A DNA stretch of 64,000 nt from Candidatus Omnitrophota bacterium (GTDB taxonomy: Bacteria; Omnitrophota; Gorgyraeia; Zapsychrales; Fredricksoniimonadaceae): NCBI GenBank assembly GCA_903944345.1, contig CAJARJ010000009.1, forward strand, positions 1,875-65,874, given 5' to 3'. This document shows positions 50,353 to 60,050 of the stretch, piece by piece. Both the position numbers and the translations under genes were made by a program. Within the stretch, counting starts at the first letter, position 1. Each line of letters begins with the position of its first letter. The notes beneath the pieces are model-generated. The model saw only the letters and a list, made by a program, of their open reading frames with translations, was not told where the DNA came from and searched no databases.

Positions 50353-52155
50353 TTAGAAACCCTTTGTGACCGAGAACCAGGTATGGGTATGATCCCCATC
50401 AACCGACTGAATCTCCGGAACCAACGGGAACCCGCAATCCACACGAACAGAGACATTCTGTTCAGGTACGTTGTATTTAAACCCTACTCCAGCTGATGTC
50501 AGCGTATTAGCCTTATCATCACCCTCTTTAGGACTCTTCAATGCGCCATAACTCCAATCAACAAAAGTGAACAATCTTAAGGAATCATATATCTTGGTCT
50601 TTGTAGAAAACGGCACATACGCAGAACGGGAGAGAAAGTACGGAGGAAATTCCAGACCGACATTCATGGCATGACCGTTATCAGCCGGGAACTGGGTTCG
50701 CGGATAGCCGCGATTGTCGATAACTCCGTTAAATCCGCCCATACTGAATGAATTGACACCGGTAAGGGTCGCCGATGTTATCTGCCAACGGGCTTTAGCT
50801 GTAAGATCTACACCTGGTATCAATTTCTGTCGCCTGGCAACAGTTAAAAGATTCTTAACAAAATCTCCCTTGGCTCCCGCGACAGAAGCAGTATCTGATT
50901 TGCGCGGAGTTCCGGCCAGAAAATCCGGGATGCCTTGCTGAAGATCGTTTGTAATAACCCAACGTCCATACTTATCCGCACGATTCAAGGCCAGATCCCA
51001 CTTGGCAACACGATACTCATCCCTTTTAGCGGGACTATCGTAATCCTGATAAGGCTTATACCACCAGATATCAAAATATGTAAACCCATAGCTGGAAACC
51101 AGCTCAACATCAGGTTCATTAATCAACGATTGATAGAACCAGAAATAAAACTTTCTGGCACGTTTCTCAAAGTCAGTTTCCTGATTGTCCCTGGCGTAAT
51201 AATCTTCAGATTTATAAGGCAGCAGATAAAACTGAAAACGCCAGATATCGTTGAGCGGAATACTATAGTCAAAATCAACAATTTTATGCGCATCGGCTTC
51301 GGCCCACTCAACTTTGGCGGTTAACGTATCATCATGGCCGGAGATGTTATTATGCGATACAAAAGTTTTGTAACGATAATACAGGATAGTATCGGCACCG
51401 TAATTGTCTGCCTGGAGAGTAACATGCACCGGCGAACGCTCTTTGATGTTCAGGACAATATTAGTATCCCCGGTAGATGTATCTGGTTCCAGAGAGATGC
51501 TGGCTTTGCGGTCCTGCGCCTTGTTCATTCTAAAAACATCCAAATTCAAATGCTTGAAATTGAAAATTGCTCCTTCTTCCTGAGAAATTTTTTTTCTAAG
51601 AAGCTCGGTTGAAAAAACCTTGTTACCCCTGATTTCAATCTTTCCAACCCGCCCCTCAACAACCACAATCTCCAGAACGCCATCAGGAAGCCGGTCAGGT
51701 TTGATATAAGCATAAGAGGTAATATAACCTTCCCGACTATAAGCGCGGTTAACCAGATCGGCACAACGGCGCATGTCGCGGGCAGAAATTTCTTTTCCTT
51801 CGTAATCGGCTTTCAGGCTGGCCAAGGCTTCATCTGCCAGCAAAGTAGAACCGGTCACAACAACCTCGCGGATTTTCGTTTTTCCTTCAGGAAGCTCATA
51901 ACGGGGAATCATGGATTCCCTGGTCTTGAGAATGGTCACTGCAGGAGACTTGGCAGCCTTCTCGGAAAGCATGGTCGAAACCTGAAACGATTGAGGATCA
52001 TCCTCACCAGCACCCTCATCATACGCGCTAGCACAGGGAGCTAGCAATAAAATACAGGACAGAAAAACAACCGGAACAGCTAGAAATCGGCAAAGTTTGT
52101 TCCGCACGCACATATCTGTCATAAATACTTCCTCCTGGCGTTTCTTACCCAACAA
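50353..52155 (-). CDS. ShlB/FhaC/HecB-family two-partner-secretion outer-membrane transporter (TpsB; POTRA + 16-strand barrel)
   Basis: 600 aa: signal peptide, POTRA-like regions (EVVVTGSTLL..., VLEIVVVEGRVGKIEIRGNKVFSTELL), ShlB-type barrel, terminal Phe. No TpsA-like partner in the window. Confidence 0.75.
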   Translation of the reverse strand: MLGKKRQEEVFMTDMCVRNKLCRFLAVPVVFLSCILLLAPCASAYDEGAGEDDPQSFQVSTMLSEKAAKSPAVTILKTRESMIPRYELPEGKTKIREVVVTGSTLLADEALASLKADYEGKEISARDMRRCADLVNRAYSREGYITSYAYIKPDRLPDGVLEIVVVEGRVGKIEIRGNKVFSTELLRKKISQEEGAIFNFKHLNLDVFRMNKAQDRKASISLEPDTSTGDTNIVLNIKERSPVHVTLQADNYGADTILYYRYKTFVSHNNISGHDDTLTAKVEWAEADAHKIVDFDYSIPLNDIWRFQFYLLPYKSEDYYARDNQETDFEKRARKFYFWFYQSLINEPDVELVSSYGFTYFDIWWYKPYQDYDSPAKRDEYRVAKWDLALNRADKYGRWVITNDLQQGIPDFLAGTPRKSDTASVAGAKGDFVKNLLTVARRQKLIPGVDLTAKARWQITSATLTGVNSFSMGGFNGVIDNRGYPRTQFPADNGHAMNVGLEFPPYFLSRSAYVPFSTKTKIYDSLRLFTFVDWSYGALKSPKEGDDKANTLTSAGVGFKYNVPEQNVSVRVDCGFPLVPEIQSVDGDHTHTWFSVTKGF

Positions 52156-52365
52156 AAAAATTAGTAATGTGCACTAGATGCCTTATATCAATAAAACCGC
52201 ACACATAAAAACACGGCCTTAAGTCAAGACAACCTTTTTAAAGAAGAAATCAAACTGCTATGTGGAGTTGCTATATAATACCTGATATGTTACAGGTGTT
52301 ATCCTAAATTTTCTTTTCATTTATGTCCAGAAATATTATTAAATTCCTGTTTTCCTGAAACCGAT

Positions 52366-53226
52366 CTATGATTCACTGCCCACTCCGAACTCGAAAATAA
52401 CATAATACTGCATCTGGTCATCATCGGTAAACCACTCCCCGTCCGGGCCAACAGATATATATTTATGATCTTCAGCCTTGTTCGCGTCAGCGCCATAAAG
52501 AGTTTCTTTCGCCGAAGAAGCAACGTCGTCGGCTGTAAACCATTCCCCGTCCGTACCCTTACCATCATGATCAACATGATACTCAAGCATTTTAGTCATT
52601 TGCCCCGAAGCAGAATATTCGAACCGATGGTACTTTTCCAGCTCATCCCCCGTGTAATCCTCGGCCCGAACCTGCTGTCCATACTCATCATAGGAGTACA
52701 AAATCTTGCAGGTTTTCCTTTTATCAGAATAGATTGTTGTCTTGCTGGACTTGCGTCCTTGCTGATCGTATTCGTAAGTAGTTGTTGAAAGAAGCTCATA
52801 TTTCTTTCTTCTGGATTGTCCATCAAAAGACTTTTCTTTTATCAACTGGCCATCAAAACCGTATTCCATAACCTGAAACTCTTTTAACTTGTCATCATAA
52901 GTAAACGGAATACGATCCTCACCTGGTAAATAACGAAAACTGCGCAGAAGTCTTCCGGTTTTGGCATCACGTTCAATCTGGTAATGCTCGTAAACCATGT
53001 CGTCGTCGGAAAACCACACCTTGTCCGGACCAGCCACATATTTGATCTCTTTGTCCACAACAATATCTACGGTCTTCTCGGCGGGAATTTCCAGTTTCTC
53101 CTCCATGCCGATTTTTCCCACTTCCACCAAAAGATCGTCTATCCCGCGTTCCTGTGAGAACGCCGCCCCAGTAGATAACATAACTGCAAAAACAAGTGCT
53201 GAAATAGAAAAAGCAGTCCGCCTCAT
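52366..53226 (-). CDS. small secreted YD/RHS-repeat-like protein
   Basis: Signal peptide. YD-type repeats FTYDDKLKEF, YEYDQQGRKSS, YSYDEYGQQVR, FEYSASGQMTK. Three copies of a G-x-D-x-(E/V)-W-F-(T/S)-DDD motif. Confidence 0.55.
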   Translation of the reverse strand: MRRTAFSISALVFAVMLSTGAAFSQERGIDDLLVEVGKIGMEEKLEIPAEKTVDIVVDKEIKYVAGPDKVWFSDDDMVYEHYQIERDAKTGRLLRSFRYLPGEDRIPFTYDDKLKEFQVMEYGFDGQLIKEKSFDGQSRRKKYELLSTTTYEYDQQGRKSSKTTIYSDKRKTCKILYSYDEYGQQVRAEDYTGDELEKYHRFEYSASGQMTKMLEYHVDHDGKGTDGEWFTADDVASSAKETLYGADANKAEDHKYISVGPDGEWFTDDDQMQYYVIFEFGVGSES

Positions 53227-54314
53227 TTGCCGCTCCCCTCCGGTTCTGTAATACGGCTCAAGGTTGAGGCATCCGCGGTGACTTTAACCACACGAAAACC
53301 AATAACCTGCCGACTTAAGAAATCGTAACTGCGAAAACTGTTGTCATAGATTTCCGGATGCATAACCGTATCCATAATGAACGGGCGACCCATTTCCTTG
53401 CGATATTCGGTATCCAGAAGAAAACTTCCCCCGCGCAAAACCCTTGCAGCCTGAAACTTCTTGAAAACAGGCAGGTTAAAATAAAGTTTCTGACCAGGCC
53501 CAATCGGGTCTGTCTCATTCTCGGAACCAGTATAGGAATCCAGATACCAGTCATTGCACCATTCGGCTACATTCCCAACAAGATCCGTGATCCCAAGAGT
53601 ATTATCCCCCTCAGGCGAGAAAGCCCCAACCGGAAGAGTATCAACATCCACCGGATTCTTGACCTTGTGTCCGGCATTGGCCTTCTTTTCAAAACCTTTG
53701 CCTTCCCCCCAGGGAAACGGACGACGATCAGAGAAACTGGCGGCGTACTCCCACTCGGCCTCAGTAGGAAGACGATAACCTGTCGCACCATAAACCTGAG
53801 CGGACCAGTCATCCAGATTATAAAGAGGGGTTAAACCTTCACTCTCACTTAACATATTACAATAGAAGGCTGCGCCATACCAGCTGACCTCGACCACGGG
53901 ATAATCTTCTTTCCCGGAATGCGCCCGAAAACGGCCATTTTCATATGTGATCTGGGAATGTTCGTCAAAAATATCCTGATATTTCTGTGGCGACCGGGAA
54001 ACCCCTTTTGCCTCTCTTTTCTTTGAACTTTCGGACAAAACTGTTTTGTCCAGATAACCTTTCGACAAGGCATAGTTAAGTGCATCCGCATACTGCTGGT
54101 TGGTTATCTCGTATTTTCCCATATGGAAATCCTTGCTGATATGGACAGTATGCACGGGACGAGCATTTGAGAAACGCGCATTGCCCATCTGAAATGAACC
54201 GGCAGGCACCCGGACAAGTTCCGGAGCCTGCAGCTGAGCTTGTGAAATTCTGCTATAAAACAAGAGGCCGAAAAATAGCATGAGAACGGCAAAAGCAAAA
54301 GACATCTTTTTCAT
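53223..54314 (-). CDS. secreted FGE-sulfatase (SUMF1/formylglycine-generating enzyme) domain protein
   Basis: Signal peptide plus family blocks RVPAGSFQMG, YRLPTEAEWEYAA, GNVAEWCNDWY, RVLRGGSF. Confidence 0.8.
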   Translation of the reverse strand: MKKMSFAFAVLMLFFGLLFYSRISQAQLQAPELVRVPAGSFQMGNARFSNARPVHTVHISKDFHMGKYEITNQQYADALNYALSKGYLDKTVLSESSKKREAKGVSRSPQKYQDIFDEHSQITYENGRFRAHSGKEDYPVVEVSWYGAAFYCNMLSESEGLTPLYNLDDWSAQVYGATGYRLPTEAEWEYAASFSDRRPFPWGEGKGFEKKANAGHKVKNPVDVDTLPVGAFSPEGDNTLGITDLVGNVAEWCNDWYLDSYTGSENETDPIGPGQKLYFNLPVFKKFQAARVLRGGSFLLDTEYRKEMGRPFIMDTVMHPEIYDNSFRSYDFLSRQVIGFRVVKVTADASTLSRITEPEGSGK

Positions 54315-54375
54315 ATAACTCCTCTTGATTGAAAGGTCATGCCTCGATCACAACAAATCTACCCTGCCCAAGAAA

Positions 54376-55995
54376 CTAGAATCCCAGACGGCAACCACTA
54401 TTCTTGCCATCCTCGCTCTTGGGAAAGTTCGCGGCAAAACGCAGCGACACCCTTAAATATTTAGGTTCCGGACTGGACCAGACTCCTCCGCGATTACCTG
54501 CACCTGCCCCGTCTTTTCCGGGCCAGTTGGATACATTCGCAAAACCGTCCTGAGTCAAGGCACCATCTCCTCTTTGAGCAACAAAGCTCCGGCCCAAAGT
54601 ATGTCCAATGGTCACGCAACGCTCCCAAAGGTTTCCGCTCAAATTCCGAACTCCATAATAAGACGCCCCGGTGTTGATCCTCTCGCTCACATCCCCCTGA
54701 AGCGTATTCTCAAAAATCTCTCCGCTCACCGGCCCCTCGAAACCCGGATTATCAGGAGCAGTTTTCTTGCCGACATCAAAAGGAGCAATCCCGCCACCAA
54801 AACAGGCATTAACCACCCCTTTCTGGGGCACCTTCTTTTCATATCCGCTGCCATCCGCCCCGTCAAACGTATCGACACGACCAATCTTTTCGATATCTTC
54901 CATCGCAACCCCCCAGGACAATTCGTTAACCAGAGGCTTGCCGGGACCGCGTGCGGCCTTTTCGTATTCCAATTCGGTAATCGGACGAAGACCGGCCCAG
55001 TCGGCTATAGCCGCAATATTCGACCAGGACATAAAATTGACCGCACGTGCCGGCGCATACGTATAAAATTTGACCGGATCAATTGTGCCATTCCCTTTTT
55101 TGGCAGTCACAATGGCATTACGCAGATGCTCTTCTGCGCTGTTGGTTTTGACATAATAGTTCTTGATCTCGTCCTGGCTGATGTCAGCCTCGACCATGCT
55201 TTGCTGCTGCTTGCGATCCAAAGTATTGAGGAAGTCCACAAATTGCTGGGAGCTCAGCTCATACTTCATAATCCAGAAAGGATCAAAACCCTTGGGGAAA
55301 GCTGCCGGAATTGTGAACGGAACATCTTCCCGGCTGCGCGGATTATCCTGGTCGCAGTAAAGGGCCCCGTCAACCTTATCGACAAGAATAGAATCTTCGG
55401 ATTTAATCTGATAAGAGCCTTTATCAGGATATGAATAGAAACTGTTATCGGGGCCATTGGGGCCTTTGGGATCTCCTACATAGAATTCCCCGCGCGGCAC
55501 ATGGACCATTTCCAGTCCCATCACCTGAACCGGGGACTGCATTAACTGGGCATCAGAGATGCCTTCTTTAGAATAGTCCCACAATATCCGAACATTTTTT
55601 GAAAGGGAGTTTCCATTACCTTTGGTTCTAAAAAGAAACCCTCCGGTTTTCTCCTCAGGAATCCACATCCCCATATCTGCACCATCCCCCCTGGAAAACA
55701 TGTCCGGCGTATGATCAAGATAATCAAAAGAACCCGCGCTGGCTGTCTTGAGACTCACATGCTTCCAAAGCCCCTCCGGGGTCTTATACTTGGCGAAAAA
55801 CCAGACCCCGTCAGAATTGGTCTCGTTCTTCCAGGAATTCTCCCAGACGATATTAAATTGCAGCGTGGCAATCTTGTCCTGGGTATTGACCTCACTGATC
55901 ATCACCTTGTCAATCTTCAGATGACTGGCAAATGCCTGCCCCGAAAGAGCTAAAAAAACCGCCGAAACAATCAGGAACAAAAACAATTTCTTCAT
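54376..55995 (-). CDS. secreted FGE-sulfatase-domain protein with a ~200-aa N-terminal extra domain
   Basis: Signal peptide MKKLFLFLIVSAVFLALSGQAFA (ATG about 55995; ORF track extends to 56127). C-terminal FGE blocks RPITELEYEKAARG, GNLWERC, NRGGVWSS. Confidence 0.75.
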   Translation of the reverse strand: MKKLFLFLIVSAVFLALSGQAFASHLKIDKVMISEVNTQDKIATLQFNIVWENSWKNETNSDGVWFFAKYKTPEGLWKHVSLKTASAGSFDYLDHTPDMFSRGDGADMGMWIPEEKTGGFLFRTKGNGNSLSKNVRILWDYSKEGISDAQLMQSPVQVMGLEMVHVPRGEFYVGDPKGPNGPDNSFYSYPDKGSYQIKSEDSILVDKVDGALYCDQDNPRSREDVPFTIPAAFPKGFDPFWIMKYELSSQQFVDFLNTLDRKQQQSMVEADISQDEIKNYYVKTNSAEEHLRNAIVTAKKGNGTIDPVKFYTYAPARAVNFMSWSNIAAIADWAGLRPITELEYEKAARGPGKPLVNELSWGVAMEDIEKIGRVDTFDGADGSGYEKKVPQKGVVNACFGGGIAPFDVGKKTAPDNPGFEGPVSGEIFENTLQGDVSERINTGASYYGVRNLSGNLWERCVTIGHTLGRSFVAQRGDGALTQDGFANVSNWPGKDGAGAGNRGGVWSSPEPKYLRVSLRFAANFPKSEDGKNSGCRLGF

Positions 55996-56020
55996 AACGT
56001 CTCCTTCTAAAGAACAAATT

Positions 56021-57448
56021 TTAATGATGACCCGGGACTTTGACTGCCGCATACTCCTTAAACCCTCCCTGACGCACAGATTTGATCGCACTGACAAGCG
56101 AAAAAACAGAAGCAACCGCCAGCGCAAAAGCCAGAAAATTGAATTGTGCCCGAAAAAGATCCTGTCCCGGGAAAGAAGAAGCCATTTTCAGGATAACCGG
56201 AGACAAAAATTGTCCCAGGTAAATTCCTACGCTTACAACCGCCATGGAAAAAGCACGGGCAGAATCCGGTGTGACTTTGGCCGCGCGCAAAAGAAGAAGC
56301 GGCATCAGCACCCCGGAACTAAAACCTATACATAACATGGAAATGAAAACTCCTGGCAAAGAAGCTGTCGAACCCAGAAGCATATACCCGACGGCCATGG
56401 AAGCGATCCCTATTACCCCGCAAAAAGGACCCAGAACGCGCAAAAGAGTCGCCAACACCACTCCGGCCACAACCCCAACAATGGTCATCGTGGAAAGAAA
56501 GAAACCCGCAATCCCGGGACGGCCTATTCTTTCTGCCGAAATAACCAAGCCTTCCGGTGTTTTCTTGACTATATAACTGCGGTTGTGATCGGTTATTTTC
56601 CATCTCTTGCCGTCTTCTTCCACCAAAAATACCGCCTCCCCGGAAATATTGATACCGTTCTCCCGGAAAGAAGCAACGGTTGTTGACGAGATTGTTCCAG
56701 AAACCAGATGTGCCTCAAGCTCCGCTCTATCTTTAAACAGAGGGTTGCTGCTTGTATACATCCGGGGTTCATTCTCGATGAACATGGCCAGACTGGTTGG
56801 CGCTGCATAAAAAGCCACCATCATCAACGCCCCCAGCAATGCGCACCAGAAAACCTCCAGCGGCAACTTTGCCTTGGCTGCGCCCGTAACCGGCTTGATC
56901 TCGGGTTCAGGCAGCCAAACCATAACCATAACCATAATCACAAGGGATAAAGCATAAACACCAAAAGAGTACCGCCAGCTCATGCACGCCAGCCAACCGG
57001 AAAGCAAAAGAAAAACAACTCCGCCAAAATGCGAAACCGATCCGGACAACCCCATCATCCGTGCCCGCTCTTCTTTCTGGCAGAAATCGGCAATCAGGCT
57101 GATCGAAAGTGGAATAATAAGTCCTACCCCAACGCCAAAAAGAGCCCGGATCACCAACAACTGAGGTACAGAATTTGCCAGTCCGCCACCTACCCCTCCC
57201 AGAAAATAAATAACCAGCCCAATCAAAAGAATCTGCTTTTTCTTCATTCGTGTGGCCAGCCATCCTCCCAGCAAACTAAAAGGGACAATCAACAAAGACG
57301 GCAAGGTCAAAATCAATTTAATAAGAGTCGGATCCGTACCCGGAAAAGCCTGACTGATTTTGGCCAGAGCAGGCGAAATTGCGGCCGAGGCCATAACTGT
57401 CAAAAGAGATATCGACAAAATACTGGTTTTAACAAGAAGATCGTTCAT
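56021..57448 (-). CDS. MFS transporter with an ~95-aa soluble insertion between the two six-helix halves
   Basis: 12 hydrophobic segments. The central loop is RMYTSSNPLFKDRAELEAHLVSGTISSTTVASFRENGINISGEAVFLVEEDGKRWKITDHNRSYIVKKTPEGLVISAERIGRPG. Confidence 0.75.
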   Translation of the reverse strand: MNDLLVKTSILSISLLTVMASAAISPALAKISQAFPGTDPTLIKLILTLPSLLIVPFSLLGGWLATRMKKKQILLIGLVIYFLGGVGGGLANSVPQLLVIRALFGVGVGLIIPLSISLIADFCQKEERARMMGLSGSVSHFGGVVFLLLSGWLACMSWRYSFGVYALSLVIMVMVMVWLPEPEIKPVTGAAKAKLPLEVFWCALLGALMMVAFYAAPTSLAMFIENEPRMYTSSNPLFKDRAELEAHLVSGTISSTTVASFRENGINISGEAVFLVEEDGKRWKITDHNRSYIVKKTPEGLVISAERIGRPGIAGFFLSTMTIVGVVAGVVLATLLRVLGPFCGVIGIASMAVGYMLLGSTASLPGVFISMLCIGFSSGVLMPLLLLRAAKVTPDSARAFSMAVVSVGIYLGQFLSPVILKMASSFPGQDLFRAQFNFLAFALAVASVFSLVSAIKSVRQGGFKEYAAVKVPGHH

Positions 57449-58038
57449 TTCCCTCTCCCCTTAAGCTGTTGAAGCAGGGCCAAACCAAAAGCATCCGCCG
57501 AATCCGGACCGTCTGCGGTAATGATCTTTTCATCTTGTTCGACAGGTTGGGCTGTATACAGCGCCCCGGACTGTTTTAATACCTCCCCTTCCGAGGGATA
57601 CACAGTCGCTCTCTTGTCTTTAAGAACTCCGGCACTGGCCAGAACCCTTGGAGCAAGACAGATCGCACCAATAACTTTGTCTTTTTCAACAGCCTCTTTG
57701 GCCAGACGGTGAGCAACAGGATCATTGATATACTGCATTGCCCCTGAACCCCCGATAAAAACAACCGCATCGTAATTCTCGACATTGACTTCCGTATAAA
57801 GAAGCTCGGGGACAGTCTTCATTCCATTCATTCCGGTCACCTCATCAAGAGTAGAAGATGCGACCGTCACCTCAACCCCCTCGGCTTCAAGGATGGCCAG
57901 TGGGCGGGCGAATTCATCATCCTGAAAGTCTTTCTCGGCTATCAGAAAAACTGCTTTCTGGGGAATCTCCTGGGCACAAACCACACCCGTCCCCATCATC
58001 AGAACAACCATAAAAACAGCAGTTAAAAACTTTTTCAT
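57445..58038 (-). CDS. secreted DJ-1/PfpI-family protein
   Basis: Signal peptide, then the nucleophile elbow GAICLAPRVL. Overlaps the MFS start by 4 nt. Confidence 0.75.
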   Translation of the reverse strand: MKKFLTAVFMVVLMMGTGVVCAQEIPQKAVFLIAEKDFQDDEFARPLAILEAEGVEVTVASSTLDEVTGMNGMKTVPELLYTEVNVENYDAVVFIGGSGAMQYINDPVAHRLAKEAVEKDKVIGAICLAPRVLASAGVLKDKRATVYPSEGEVLKQSGALYTAQPVEQDEKIITADGPDSADAFGLALLQQLKGRGK

Positions 58039-60050
58039 GAATTGGCTCCCGCTTTGCTGATTAACCGTACCGGACGAAAAGGATATTTACCTTCTTTTTT
58101 ACCAGCATAATATCCATCGTAACCAAACTGAAAATTGACCCCCCAGCCAAAGGTATCCCCATAAGTTGTACTGGACCAATAAAAACCCAGCGGCGCGATC
58201 TTTGTCTCCGGAAAGAAAGCTTGATGAAACCAGCTGCCGTTTTTATAAGAAAGATCGATTAATGAACCAATCTCCCTGATAGACGGCAGATGCCAGTCTG
58301 TATGCCCGGCCAGCTCGAGATCCTGACAATAACGCAAGGCATCTGCCCAGTTCAACTCGGGGCCTTCATCTTTCTTCCACATCAAGCCTGTGTTCAAATC
58401 ACTCACCGTGCCGTCGTTATTATCCAGCAATGAGCAACGCTCTGCATCGGCAGAAATTTTCTTGTACCCGCCTCGTACTGCTCGTACAGGATAATAAAAG
58501 CTTTTCAGATAACAAATCGCACAACCATAAGCAAAATAAATACCCCAGGCAAAAAGCGGCTCCTTGTTATTGGATTCTTTTGACCAATAAAACGCCGGCA
58601 GGCAATCCGCAAAGAACTTCGGATCAGCCGCAGGAATTTGTCCATTATAATCAACCATCATCCGCAACTCTTCCCGGGCAGGCAAGCGCCAATCACGAAA
58701 TCCGCCGTATCCCCGGCGGTTGATCTCACGAATATAATCGTGGGCATCCTCCCAGGTGTACGCTAACCCCTGAAAATTGAAATCATTCGGTGCAGGAGAT
58801 TTGCTCTCCCAGACAAGCCCGGTGTTATTATCCCGAATCATGCGCAATCCCTGTTCCCAGCCGGTGCTATCCTCTGTTTCGCGTCCGCCCTCGGTAAGCT
58901 TGGTAAAAGATAAAGGATTAAAACTGCGGGATCCGTCCTGTCCGTAATAAAGTTCTCCCTTCAGGGGCTTTTGAATAATGCTGCCGCTATCGTCATAACA
59001 AACCTTCTGTCCTGAATCAGGAAACGTCATTCCGGTCGTAACACTAAACTGCGCAGGAACGCTGTTACGTACCGCACGAAAAAGCAGTCTGGCATTCTTG
59101 CTGGCATAATAACCGTCATAACCAAAACAAAAATTGGTCACCCATACATAAATCCCTTCATAGGGTGTCGAAGAAAAATAATGCAACAAGGGCGGCTTGA
59201 GTCCATCAGCCGGAAAAAAATTCTTGAAGTACCACCAGCCGTTATCGTGATCAAGATTCAGAATAGAGTTAAGCTCTTTCAAATTCGGCAAACGCCAGTC
59301 AGAATGCCCGGCCAAACGCATCTCCCGGCAGTTCTTCAGGGCAGAATACCAGTCCATGCGTTCATTTTCGCCTTTCTGCCACATAAGACCTGTGAGCGAA
59401 TCAGTAACCGTACCATCGGCATTATCCTGAAATCTGGTCTGATCCGCCTGACCGAATCTGCGATCATAACCGCCTCTGACCGCGATCACAAAACGCTCGC
59501 TGACCGGGCTATAACAAATTCCACTGCCCAGTCCAAGAAAAATTCCCCAAACGAAGGGTTTCTGCATGTTATACGGCACAGAAGTCCAATAGAAATCACT
59601 CTGACAGCCAGGGAAATAGCGCGGATCCAGTGCCGGCCCTGTTCGGCCATAATCTATGATCGAGCGTAATTCATCCTTATTAGGCAGACGCCAATCAGAA
59701 AAACCGCCATATTTGTTTTTGTTAAGCTTGTCTATATAAGCCGTACCCGCCTGCTCCCAGGTGTAACGATCCGCAGTATAATTAACATCGCCCTTTTGGG
59801 GAGATTTAACTTCCCACACCAAACCGGTATTATTGTCCAGAACAGCACGGTAACCATCTGCCCACGAACAATCATCAGCGATGCTTTTGCCATTCTTGCC
59901 CAGTTTGGCAAATGACATGGGATTAACCTGAAAACAGCCGTTTTGACCCCAAAGCTCATCTTGAGGAGATACACTAGTCTCGCGCCCTTCCCGATCAAAA
60001 CACCTGATCGTGCCGGCATCCGGCAGTCGGAATAACTTTGTCTGTTTCAT
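58035..60050 (-). CDS. protein built of four tandem DUF1566 (Lcl C-terminal domain) repeats, no signal peptide
   Basis: Four ~150-aa repeats, each with DNNTGL(V/M)W(E/Q)xKS...W..A..Y(I/C).......(Y/W)GG(F/R)(S/R)DWRLP(N/S/A)..EL.S(I/L/M)(I/V)D. Confidence 0.65.
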   Translation of the reverse strand: MKQTKLFRLPDAGTIRCFDREGRETSVSPQDELWGQNGCFQVNPMSFAKLGKNGKSIADDCSWADGYRAVLDNNTGLVWEVKSPQKGDVNYTADRYTWEQAGTAYIDKLNKNKYGGFSDWRLPNKDELRSIIDYGRTGPALDPRYFPGCQSDFYWTSVPYNMQKPFVWGIFLGLGSGICYSPVSERFVIAVRGGYDRRFGQADQTRFQDNADGTVTDSLTGLMWQKGENERMDWYSALKNCREMRLAGHSDWRLPNLKELNSILNLDHDNGWWYFKNFFPADGLKPPLLHYFSSTPYEGIYVWVTNFCFGYDGYYASKNARLLFRAVRNSVPAQFSVTTGMTFPDSGQKVCYDDSGSIIQKPLKGELYYGQDGSRSFNPLSFTKLTEGGRETEDSTGWEQGLRMIRDNNTGLVWESKSPAPNDFNFQGLAYTWEDAHDYIREINRRGYGGFRDWRLPAREELRMMVDYNGQIPAADPKFFADCLPAFYWSKESNNKEPLFAWGIYFAYGCAICYLKSFYYPVRAVRGGYKKISADAERCSLLDNNDGTVSDLNTGLMWKKDEGPELNWADALRYCQDLELAGHTDWHLPSIREIGSLIDLSYKNGSWFHQAFFPETKIAPLGFYWSSTTYGDTFGWGVNFQFGYDGYYAGKKEGKYPFRPVRLISKAGANS

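Noticed and set aside
54574-55434. 286-aa plus ORF
   Set aside because: It is antisense to the FGE-domain gene (54376-55995).
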